DNA of 63,504 nucleotides, the filler included, from Octopus bimaculoides (lineage: Eukaryota), in the NCBI RefSeq assembly GCF_001194135.2. It is 4 parts of 4 records of this genome, joined end to end, with 100 filler letters (N's around TTAATTAATTAA, not from the genome) between each part and the next. Parts side by side here need not be neighbours in the genome. Positions count along the whole stretch, not along the records: positions 39,187 to 53,750 come from NC_068988.1; 3 more parts are not named here. One strand, written 5' to 3'. Under the pieces are notes generated by a model, which was not told the origin of the DNA, did not search any database, and saw only the letters and a list, made by a program, of their open reading frames with translations. Within the stretch, counting starts at the first letter, position 1; every line of letters starts with the position of its first letter. The position numbers and the translations under genes are program-made. This document shows, piece by piece, positions 40,020-50,960 of the stretch.

Positions 40020-41083
40020 ATATATAAAAGAAATTAAAGAAGGAAAATGCACACACTTTACATAGTTTTAATATATTTTAAAATATATTTTATATTGTGT
40101 TTGTCGACCGGCTTTACTTACGCTAATCATGGCATTAAAATGGTTTTAATAAAAATGTTTTTGTCCATGTTGTGCATGGAGTCTATGAACGATTGATTCA
40201 ACAAGTAGATTAATCTAAGGAGAGGTAATTGGTAATCGTTATTTTTGTGGACAGGGGAGATAATTGTTCATCATTCGGGGGTGGAGGATATACATAAAAA
40301 TTCAAAAGCTAAAGTAGAGAGCAGAAATATGTACAGTGATAGATATCTAATCGTAAATTAAAATATGTATAGAGATCAAAGTTGGTTATGCGCGCATATT
40401 TAGACGTGTTCTGTATTTTTCGATGAATAAATTTTCTTTATGTAAACGTTCTTGTATAGAAATTGTATGGTTGCACTGGTAGAAACTGTTAAATTTGGTT
40501 TGATGTTAGTTGCACATTTCTGTATGTGTTCACTTAAAGGAGCCTGTCTGTATTGTGGGAACCGGATCTGCTCTTTATATAGAGTGGTTCTCCGTCTCAA
40601 TCTCATACTCGTCTGTCCTATATAGCTATGTCCTCAACCCGAGTAGGTTATTACATAAATCAGATTCTCCGATGCACAAGTGACGTTGGTTTTAATTGTG
40701 AACCTCTCTCCTTGCTTGAAAAAGAAATCCGAACCTTCAAGTAGGTTGGGGCATGTTCCACAGTTTGGGCCTCCACATTTTTAACCGTTGGTTTCGTGGT
40801 TGTTGTACAAAGCTTCGCATTTGTTAGAAGTCTCTTTAGCGATTTGTGTTGCTTTTTGCATTTGATGAATTTATGTGTTTTCAGGATGTTCATTTTTGTG
40901 TCTCTTAGTTAGTAAAGGAAGATTTTGCACAATAGTGTTGTATGTCTCGTTGCTTCTAGGGTTGTGAGATGATGTATACAGTAGTGTTTTGAGATGAGTC
41001 GATAAACAATATAAAATATATTAAAAAATACATAAAAACTATGTAATGTGTGTGCATTTTCCTTCTTTCATTTCTTATGTATA
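40020..41083 (-). mobile_element. 5'-truncated Penelope-like element: GIY-YIG fragment flanked by inverted pseudo-LTR segments
   Basis: NILKTHKFIKCKKQHKSLKRLLTNAKL; ENLIYVIT..HSYIGQTSMRLRRR..LSEHIQKCA; 40031-40108 is the inverted copy of 40998-41073. Confidence 0.85.
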
Positions 41084-42073
41084 TATATATAATCTGAATA
41101 ATCTATTAGAGTAGATGCAAACGCTAATATATGTTTTATAAAAACGTGTAACATATTGATAAAAATCTGTAAATGTACAACCATCCAGATCTCTGAGTAC
41201 CTTATTATTTTTTCTTATATATCATACCTGTACATCACCTCTGAACCTTCTAATATNNNNNNNNNNNNNNNNNNNNNNNNNNNNNNNNNNNNNNNNNNNN
41301 NNNNNNNNNNNNNNNNNNNNNNNNNNNNNNNNNNNNNNNNNNNNNNNNNNNNNNNNNNNNNNNNNNNNNNNNNNNNNNNNNNNNNNNNNNNNNNNNNNNN
41401 NNNNNNNNNNNNNNNNNNNNNNNNNNNNNNNNNNNNNNNNNNNNNNNNNNNNNNNNNNNNNNNNNNNNNNNNNNNNNNNNNNNNNNNNNNNNNNNNNNNN
41501 NNNNNNNNNNNNNNNNNNNNNNNNNNNNNNNNNNNNNNNNNNNNNNNNNNNNNNNNNNNNNNNNNNNNNNNNNNNNNNNNNNNNNNNNNNNNNNNNNNNN
41601 NNNNNNNNNNNNNNNNNNNNNNNNNNNNNNNNNNNNNNNNNNNNNNNNNNNNNNNNNNNNNNNNNNNNNNNNNNNNNNNNNNNNNNNNNNNNNNNNNNNN
41701 NNNNNNNNNNNNNNNNNNNNNNNNNNNNNNNNNNNNNNNNNNNNNNNNNNNNNNNNNNNNNNNNNNNNNNNNNNNNNNNNNNNNNNNNNNNNNNNNNNNN
41801 NNNNNNNNNNNNNNNNNNNNNNNNNNNNNNNNNNNNNNNNNNNNNNNNNNNNNNNNNNNNNNNNNNNNNNNNNNNNNNNNNNNNNNNNNNNGTTACTTGT
41901 CTTTGCGTCCCCGTAACGTAAGGCCTCGGCAGAAGCGGCCGATAAAATAATATACCAGGTTTAAAGAAAATAAGTACTGCCGTCGAATCATTTGACTAAG
42001 ATTTTTGAAGGTGATGCTCCAGCATGGCCGCAGTCTAATGACTGAAACGAGTGAAAGATAAACGATATATTTA

Positions 42074-42107
<34 letters not shown>

Positions 42108-42759
42108 ATGTATGTATGTATGAGTATATGTAGCACTCCAGAGCAGACGAGAGAAAGTGAAATAACCATTTAGCTGAAATATGAAAACACTCAAACACGC
42201 GGGCGCGGGCACACACGCACGCATACACGCGCGCGCGCACTCACTCATATGCTGGACTAAAACTTTAGTTTCAAAGCGGAAAACTCTGACAGAAACGATA
42301 ACATTTTTTTTTCATCAATCTGTGCTTACGTAACTTACTTTTAGCCATTGTGATGTATGTGTATACATGAATTTTTACAGCTGTGTCATCTGTACACTGC
42401 CTGTGCATAAGTATGCGCCTGTCTATGTGTTGTGTAGATACATACATATGTACAAATGTATGTACATGTGTGTGTATGTGTGTGTGTATACATCTTTTAT
42501 CTTTTACTTGTTTCAGTCATTATACTGTGGCCATGTTGGGGCACAGCCAGGAGTTGTAAATGATTGATTGGAACATTTTCAATCAATTATTTTCCTAGCA
42601 ATCAATTTTAATTGGGATACAGACCAATCAATTATTGCAATTAATTGTCAATTATTTTGCCAAACATAAAAACACGATATATTTTGGAGTGTTAGCATCG
42701 ATTTAGATAAGAGCCAAAATGATAGGAAAATAAACGGTTGCTATCGGCTTTTCGCAACA

Positions 42760-44070
42760 TTCGCAACATTCCGTTTCTCTTACTGAGAGTCGAGGTAGGC
42801 CGTTGAGATAGGCAGAAAAATCCATCTTGAACTCTAGCCTGCCATTCGTTCCAAACAGTTGCTCGAAGTGCTGCTAAAAGGCCGTACTCATCTGCTTGGG
42901 GATCGATTAACACGCGCCCTTTATGGTCCACCAAATACCGAATTGTGATTTTGTTGCGACGTTGTGCCTCCGCCACTTCGGCCCCGAACAGCTTTCGTCA
43001 CCTTGTGTTTTAGAGCACGCGCCTTAGTTCTGACAAAGTAGCCATCGTACTTCGCGTTGAAGAATTCGTCGTGAGCTAATCTTGCTGCAACTACGTCGTT
43101 GCGATACCTTTGTAAGCGTCCCTTCTAAGTTCCTAAGTTTCCCTGATTCTGCTTTTCTCTGTCACCACGACCTTACTAAAACTAATCGATTCTACTCTAA
43201 TTACCTTTTCAGGGCGCCCATCATTTGTTGTTGATGATTGCTCTCGTCCACAACCGCTTAACTAATTCGTTAATCTGGTCTCCCTTAGCTTGGTCTACAG
43301 GGAGGAAAGCGTTTAGTTTTCAGTAACCGAGTCTGCGCCTTTTAAGCCTATCTATGTTGACCGCACAGATTACGAATTCGTGGCCTGGGTAGCCGACGAT
43401 TATAAACTGTGGGCAAGTTATGCTACCCTTATCTGCTACAGGCCTCCAGAGCAGACTATTGTGATGCGATATGGATGACTCGATGTATTTGTCTATGTTC
43501 AGAATGGCACATTCGGAAAATCCAGTTGGTATCTGTCAGATGCTTGGAGCAGATTTGCAAAGTTTTGTGCTACCTGTCCTTTCAGATAGTCCTGAACAAT
43601 CCAAACGCGCATCTAAGAAAGCGTTTGATTTAGTGCTAATACACTAAAGGGTGGAATGTTCCTAGGAAAACCTTCAGACGCCTGGAGAAATCTGGCTGCT
43701 CTGTTCCTGGAGGGGCATAAACAGCAACTAGTCTATTCATATCCAAGATAACTAACTGTTCCTATCCCGAATCACTAACTTGCCTTCTAGGTCCAAGAAG
43801 ATTGTCTTTATCGCTAAATTCAGACCACTCCAAACACAGCAGTTCCGTCTCCCAATCCATATCGACTTAGAGATAATTAGATCTTACAACCATCAAATAT
43901 GTTCATGGAGGTTTGTGGAATGGAAACTCTGGCCTCATTGATGGCCAGCACATTTATATTTAGTGAGCTGAGGTTTTTGAGCAGATGCCTTAGCTTCCAA
44001 GGTGACCCTAGCCCACGTGCGTTCGCCCTACCTATTTTGAGTATGGCCTTGCTCAATAAGAGAGGGGAAA
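42760..44070 (-). mobile_element. L1/Tx1-like LINE ORF2 5' part (APE endonuclease and linker), degenerate
   Basis: IGRANARGLGSPWKLRHLLKNLSSLNINVLAINEAR; RLVAVYAPPGTEQPDF; ITIRYLVDHKGRVLIDP. Confidence 0.82.
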
Positions 44071-44428
44071 ATAAGAAAGGATCACTATCCTTATACCTAT
44101 GGAGGGAAAGGGGTTTCGTGTCTCCAAATGGCTCTAGGGGTTTCAAGAAGTAATTCTTTACACAGCTTTTTGTTTATATTTTCCCTGAAGTCTCCTATTC
44201 ATTTGGAGTATTACTGTTAAAAATTTTGTATCTCATTTGTGACATTTAAATGACAATCTATGTATGGTGGAATGCTATTCGTTAATGCAATTTACTTGTG
44301 TACGATGCTTATATTATGGTGAACGTGTTCCATTAGTTTATTCTTGTTATTATTGTATATGTTAATGATTGTATGGTTAATGTTTGTATCCGCGATAGCT
44401 GTGGTGATGATGGAAATAATAGTATTGA

Positions 44429-44687
44429 TGTGGGATGAACCAAACGTCCGGCTAAGGTGCCCTACGCTTCGCCCATTAGATCCCCGAAAGGGTGTCGGTC
44501 GATATAGACAGCAGGACGGTGGCCACGGAAGTCGGAATCCGCTCAGGAGTGTGTAACAACTTACCTGCCGAATCGACCGGCCTCGAAAATGGATGGCGCT
44601 GGAGCGAGCGACCGATGCCGGACCGGCCGGGTGACAGGTTGCGCGATCGCCGGCGAGGCGACTTTCCGATGCCAGGTCGAGTAGGAG
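44429..44687 (+). rRNA. 28S rRNA gene fragment (orphan or pseudogene), cut off by a gap
   Basis: Conserved LSU blocks gggatgaaccaaacg, gatatagacagcaggacggtggcca, ggaagtcggaatccgct, ggagtgtgtaacaact, cctgccgaatc, aaaatggatggcgctggagcg. Confidence 0.93.
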
Positions 44688-45292
44688 NNNNNNNNNNNNN
44701 NNNNNNNNNNNNNNNNNNNNNNNNNNNNNNNNNNNNNNNNNNNNNNNNNNNNNNNNNNNNNNNNNNNNNNNNNNNNNNNNNNNNNNNNNNNNNNNNNNNN
44801 NNNNNNNNNNNNNNNNNNNNNNNNNNNNNNNNNNNNNNNNNNNNNNNNNNNNNNNNNNNNNNNNNNNNNNNNNNNNNNNNNNNNNNNNNNNNNNNNNNNN
44901 NNNNNNNNNNNNNNNNNNNNNNNNNNNNNNNNNNNNNNNNNNNNNNNNNNNNNNNNNNNNNNNNNNNNNNNNNNNNNNNNNNNNNNNNNNNNNNNNNNNN
45001 NNNNNNNNNNNNNNNNNNNNNNNNNNNNNNNNNNNNNNNNNNNNNNNNNNNNNNNNNNNNNNNNNNNNNNNNNNNNNNNNNNNNNNNNNNNNNNNNNNNN
45101 NNNNNNNNNNNNNNNNNNNNNNNNNNNNNNNNNNNNNNNNNNNNNNNNNNNNNNNNNNNNNNNNNNNNNNNNNNNNNNNNNNNNNNNNNNNNNNNNNNNN
45201 NNNNNNNNNNNNNNNNNNNNNNNNNNNNNNNNNNNNNNNNNNNNNNNNNNNNNNNNNNNNNNNNATATATATATATATACATATATATATAT

Positions 45293-45445
45293 GTAATAGG
45301 TGCATTAGGTTATGTACCAATAAATTTGTAGAATAACTTAGAAATACTCAGTTTCACAGAGCAAGTGCAAATGAAACTGACGCAGGTTCCCCAAATCCAG
45401 TCTATTAGTGGCATAGTGAGGATTTGTAACACATTCCAAAGATTC
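45293..45445 (+). mobile_element. RLE-type (R4-like) LINE 3' end, older copy
   Basis: VIGALGYVPINL*NNLEILSF..QIQSISGIVRICNTFQRF. Confidence 0.75.
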
Positions 45446-45680
45446 TCCTTCTGAGATTCTTTTATGAATAGATGCACACACTTCGGTGTGTGCAACGACA
45501 GTCTAACAAACACCCCAACTCAACTACATATTTACAAACACCAGAAACTCTCTTAACTGAAAAAGTGTTGTCGCTCTGTTAGCGACCAGCTTGATCTCTC
45601 TCAAGAACTAAATAAAACTCAAAGAAATATTATACATACATACATGCATGCATACATGCATACATACATACATACATACA

Positions 45681-45710
<30 letters not shown>

Positions 45711-45711
<1 letters not shown>

Positions 45712-45935
45712 GTAACACACTGCCTAGACACCAATCTTGAGAAACTAGGCTTCTCAAAACCGGAAAGGAGAAAGCTAATTCGAAGACTACAGATCCAATC
45801 CATCACTGGAACTGTAAAAATCTGTAAAACATTCCAGAAGTTTATCATTTAAATATATATGATGAGTATGTCTAGATATGTAACTATATGCATGAGAATA
45901 CATATATAAAGCAAAACATACAAATCGGCACATAT
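45711..45935 (+). mobile_element. RLE-type (R4-like) LINE 3' end, younger copy of the same family, embedded in (CATA)n
   Basis: HCLDTNLEKLGFSKPERRKLIRRLQIQSITGTVKICKTFQKFII* is open; (CATA)n upstream and (CATC)n(CATA)n downstream. Confidence 0.82.
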
Positions 45936-46229
45936 CCATCCATCCATCCATCCATCCATCCATCCATCCATCCATACATACATACATACATACATACATA
46001 ATGCAAGCACCGACACATACCGTAATAATGGCAGATTATTTCAATAGATTAAGACGGAAACAGAATTCTAAGAACAGACTTCTCGTCCACTGAACGTCAT
46101 ATCTCTGAGTCAGTACTTGCTAAACAACAAAAATAAACAGTATCAGTAACGTGTTCCAAAGTAAGGTCGACATATCAACAAAACGTTATCCACGGGTATT
46201 TTTATTGTAATTTGAGAGCAATGCAGAGT

Positions 46230-46445
46230 TAGTGAAAGCTCTTAGATGCTTTCGATGCTTTCGAAAATATCAATTGAATCACTTGAGCTGACAGGCTTAT
46301 GGTCGAGCCTGTGACAGTGGAGACCTCCGGCGTTCTTGGTCCCCGGATCATATCCCTGCTCGCCGATATCGGGGCAGAGATGGCTGTCCGCAAATGTTCC
46401 AGCGCATCTCTCTTGCCATCGTCTGTTGGGGCCATGAGGTGGTCT
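46230..46445 (+). mobile_element. CRE-like RLE LINE, C-terminal remnant
   Basis: VEPVTVETSGVLGPRIISLLADIG..MFQRISLAIV resembles the P.AVET.G.LG..FQRISLAI.RGN end of CRE-type ORFs. Confidence 0.7.
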
Positions 46446-46973
46446 GAATTACAGGAAATTGTACATTCAACTCCTTAATGTAAAGTTACTCCATATATTC
46501 AAGCTTCTTTATAATTATCAAATGACTAGTGTTAGTACATATCATTTGCAGTACCTAGGTCAACATCTTTCTTATAGCAAACAAATCAAGTTGTCAAACA
46601 TTGTTCTTTATACAACAGCATTAATACGCATGATCAGCAACCGACTAAAAGTTGTTACTAAGCTATTGGTTTATATATACTGTGATTCGCTTTCGTAATC
46701 AATCTACAAGAGCACTCAGTAAGAATAGTTGCTCTAAGAGTAATATCAAAAAACAAAAGCAAAAAAAAAACAAAAAAAAAACAGAACCCCTTCCCCTACA
46801 AATATTGATAATATGCATTTCAACGTAAGCAATATTTCCTGAGAAGAATTTTCTAAACTTTAGTGTGTAACCCAACAATGTGGGTGTCCTCAAGTTTCCA
46901 TTGAAGAATGTTTACTTTTGGTGAGAAACCAACAACTTTATAACAGGCTAGATTCGAGGTACTTACACACACA

Positions 46974-47018
<45 letters not shown>

Positions 47019-47055
47019 AAATGTATATGTATGTTTGTGTGTATATATGTATAAA

Positions 47056-47847
47056 TACAGGGTACGATTTTATATTTGTCACGATTTTATATTTGTCATG
47101 ATTTTATATTTGTCACGATTTTATATTTTTAATTTCGTGCATGCGTATTGTTTGCTTTTGATTTTGTTGACTACACAGTATGGTAGGATCAGTTGGGCAC
47201 TGACTGTGAGAAAAACAGCACCATGATGCAATTCACTCAGCCAGAAATTTGGAAACGACATGTTGAACTGCTTGGCATTCGCGCAGGAAGCTCCAATACG
47301 AACATTTTAGAGTGTTTGGGTGTCAATCTGTTGGTTTGCCGTGTCCCCAAAACATGTACTGAGAGTGATAAAAATCAAACATCCAGTCAACATCATGGTA
47401 TTTTGAGTGACCTCTTGTGATGGCAACGTTATGCCTCTATTTATCTTCCCACACCGCCTCAGACTCAATACGGAGGCCTACATCAAGTGCTTGGAGGAGG
47501 TAGTGCTGCCCTGGGTGAAAAGGGTGGCTGCTGGAAGACACTATGTCTGGCAACAGGACTCTGCACCATGCCACACAAGCAGGTGTACCCATTCATGGCT
47601 GTGAGACAATTTCTACGACCACATCACCCTTAATATCTGGCCACCTAACTCCCCAGACTGCAACCCCCTTCATTACTGTGTGAGGCGCAGTTGAGCGGGA
47701 GACCAACAAAACTCCTTGTTACACCAAAGATAAACTGAAGGCAAGGTTTATGGCAGCATTCACCAACTTAAACAAGGAGACCGTCCAGAAGAGTTGCAGG
47801 AGACTCCGAAGTCGTCTGGAGGCCTTGGTTGAAGCCAATGGCGATTT
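47056..47847 (+). mobile_element. maT (DD37D)-type transposon, internally deleted, running into a gap
   Basis: tacagggt TIR start; DGNVMPLFIFP, WQQDSAPCH, WPPNSPDCNPL(H)Y with 37 residues between the second D and the mutated third D; CRRLRSRLEALVEANGD. Confidence 0.88.
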
Positions 47848-48095
47848 NNNNNNNNNNNNNNNNNNNNNNNNNNNNNNNNNNNNNNNNNNNNNNNNNNNNN
47901 NNNNNNNNNNNNNNNNNNNNNNNNNNNNNNNNNNNNNNNNNNNNNNNNNNNNNNNNNNNNNNNNNNNNNNNNNNNNNNNNNNNNNNNNNNNNNNNNNNNN
48001 NNNNNNNNNNNNNNNNNNNNNNNNNNNNNNNNNNNNNNNNNNNNNNNNNNNNNNNNNNNNNNNNNNNNNNNNNNNNNNNNNNNNNNNNNNNNNNN

Positions 48096-48142
<47 letters not shown>

Positions 48143-48299
48143 TCACACACATATGGTTAAGAGATATATATAATACTAGCGGATACTGTGTTCGCTCTTA
48201 TCGGTTGTCAATGCTGGCTAACCACAGTGAATATAGATAAACTCCAGTTAGTCAAAATTTACTATACTCGGTTAATAATCACTTGGTAAATCCAAATGT

Positions 48300-50460
48300 C
48301 CTTATAAGGACTGCATAGTTTCCGTAGAGAAAAAGAATGAAATTAACATCAGGAGAACAGAGATTTGCACATCCAAGTTTTATTCTACAGTTGTTCACAT
48401 CTTTCTTCGTCAAGACCTACGCACGTTTCTGCTGATAGTCGGTGCACACTGTTAAGTGTGCATTTTTGTGTTAATTATCAGTACAACTTCATCAGGGTCC
48501 ACTTTAACTGTTGGTCGGATATCATCTGAAGAGAGTTACTAAAATTAGTCAACTATTTTATGAACTTTATATTACAGTGGCCACTCCGGAATTTATTGTT
48601 ACCTTGTCTTAAATTGGGTCAATGTTCAAGAATTTTCCTATGGTTCTTAATTACTATTCTAGCTTACCATTCCTATTCTAGCTTACCTGTATAGAGTAAT
48701 GTTCCTATTTTTTTCAAATGTATTAAATTATTTTGGGGTTTGATGATGTTAATATTATTATTAAACAACGCGTCTATTATTTTCTTGTTATTTTGAAAAA
48801 TTAATTTCATTTAATATTTTTCTTGTAGTTAACTTTATTCAACTTAAACTTCGTTTTCAGCTGTAAAAAAAATTCCCAGTTTAATTTAAGTTCGTTATTT
48901 GTTATAATTTACTTAATTCTAATTCTGATTTTAGTGGTTCATATCATATAACTATTTAAACCTCTTAAAGGTATATTACAATTGGTGAACACATCTTAAC
49001 GCGCTTTCCTGTCTATGGCTTATCAATTTCTATTTTGAGTTAAGAATTTGGTTAATTTCTTCTACACACGGTTCACAGTGTTTGCGCCCCCTACTATATG
49101 GTTTAGCTCTACTAATTATCATCCAGCTAATTGTGTATGCGACCATAATAATTTATTTAAACTCGTAATATTTTTCTTACTTTTATCCTGAAACGATAGT
49201 TCATTATTAGCTAGTCAACGTTTAATAAAGGTCTCGCTAGCACCTATATAGAAATACACCTGTCCTTCAGAAATTACTTTACACCTGTACACCACATCTT
49301 AAATTATGTCCGCTAAAATTAAACTGCAGAATTAATGTGTTGTGTAATCACAATTCTTTTGGAAATTTCCAATGGCTGAGGATAGGCATCTTATACTTTG
49401 AAACTTTAAGCACCAAGGAATTTGAATCAAACTGTTTTGATCCATACATGTAACTCCCAATAAATATGTTGAGTACTCTTCTTTCGTATGTCCACTCATT
49501 CATATATATATATATATATATATATATANNNNNNNNNNNNNNNNNNNNNNNNNNNNNNNNNNNNNNNNNNNNNNNNNNNNNNNNNNNNNNNNNNNNNNNN
49601 NNNNNNNNNNNATATATCAAAAGTTTAAATGAGAGTTTTGACGCTAATATCCATTATTATTGAAGTTTATTCCTATGTCAACATTTCTGTATATATAACC
49701 AAGGAGATCGATCCATAAGGAGTCTACTTTAGACATTTGGGGAGAAATCTCTTGCTATTTTGGTAGCGATTACATGCTTATCTCATCAACACATTGTGGA
49801 AATATCATCATATGAACATATATATATATTCTAAAATTAAGGTCCATAACCTTTTATGTTTGGTGTTTTGACCTAGCCCCCATTAGAAATTATTATCATT
49901 TTTCAATCTCTTGGTTTAATCATTATATCTCCAGCTGTCTGTTCCCTGTTAAATTATTTTACATAATATTATTTTATGTACTTTTATATACTACTTATTC
50001 AGTTATATTTATTATAACTACTTTACTTTTTTTCCTTACCCCTTCTTGTTTTTCCCAAACATTAAGCATAATCAATTCCATGAACATTGATCCAACTCCT
50101 TAATAGATATGAAATAACACATCTTTATTTTTACTGATCAAACCTTAAGCTTCCGTACGGTGTATTTATAAAGAGAAAATTTTGCATGTATACTTAAACT
50201 TGAAGCATTGGTGTAACCATAATGTTCTGGTGATATGATGAACTTGCTTTCTTTATTTGCATTGATTTGTGATCATACAATCGTAGTGTGCATATTTGTG
50301 CACACTACATAATTTATTATACGTTGAAATTATAATCACATGAAGAAGGCCATAATCTAAAGGATGACTAGTGGTTAAATAAATATATTCACCTCCCACA
50401 CTCCTAACTGTTTTAGGGTTTATATACTCCTCATGAAGTAATTTCCTCAATCGCATCTCT
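48300..50460 (-). mobile_element. Degenerate Penelope-like element (RT remnant ~49620-50460, GIY-YIG ~48955-49300, 3' region with hammerhead)
   Basis: VVYRCKVISEGQVYFYIGASETFIKR and ISWMIISRAKPYSRGRKHCEPCVEE are clear; RT similarity is weak (LFHI..GVGSMFMELIML). Confidence 0.75.
48413..48500 (-). ncRNA. Minimal type I hammerhead ribozyme-like motif in a PLE 3' region
   Basis: Minus strand: GGACC-CUGAUGA-(long stem II)-GAAA-C-GUGC-G-UA-GGUCU; 5-bp stem I; base of stem II imperfect. Confidence 0.65.
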
Positions 50461-50595
50461 GAATTCTAGCTGCATGAAACTTTGCACTATACTCCTTTGT
50501 ATTGGATTACGATGTGATCTGTTAGCCGAGTACGCTAGAGGAGCTATTTATGAAAGCAAGGCAATTCTCTAAACCAATATATTACACTACAAATT

Positions 50596-50675
<80 letters not shown>

Positions 50676-50894
50676 CACCCACACGCACATGCACCCACAT
50701 ACGTGAATGTGTGTATGTGTAGTTAAATGACTGTCAACCAATTTTAATTAAATTTACATTTGCCATAAAGAAAAAAGAATAATTATCTTAATGGCCAATT
50801 CTATGAAACGAAAGCCAGAGGAAGACAGCCATCGGAGTTTTAATAAATTAAATTAATTAATAATAAAGTGCAGTGGTAGTGGAGTGAGTTTGAT

Positions 50895-50960
50895 GTTATC
50901 AGTACATGAAAACAACACCGTTCATGTTTCGGCCTTATTAAGCCTCATCAGTGAATCACA
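50895..50960 (-). ncRNA. Type I hammerhead-like motif with a degenerate stem I
   Basis: CUGAUGA-GGCU(uaauaa)GGCC-GAAA-CAUGAA(loop)UUCAUG-UA; stem I only 3 bp, with one extra nucleotide. Confidence 0.55.
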
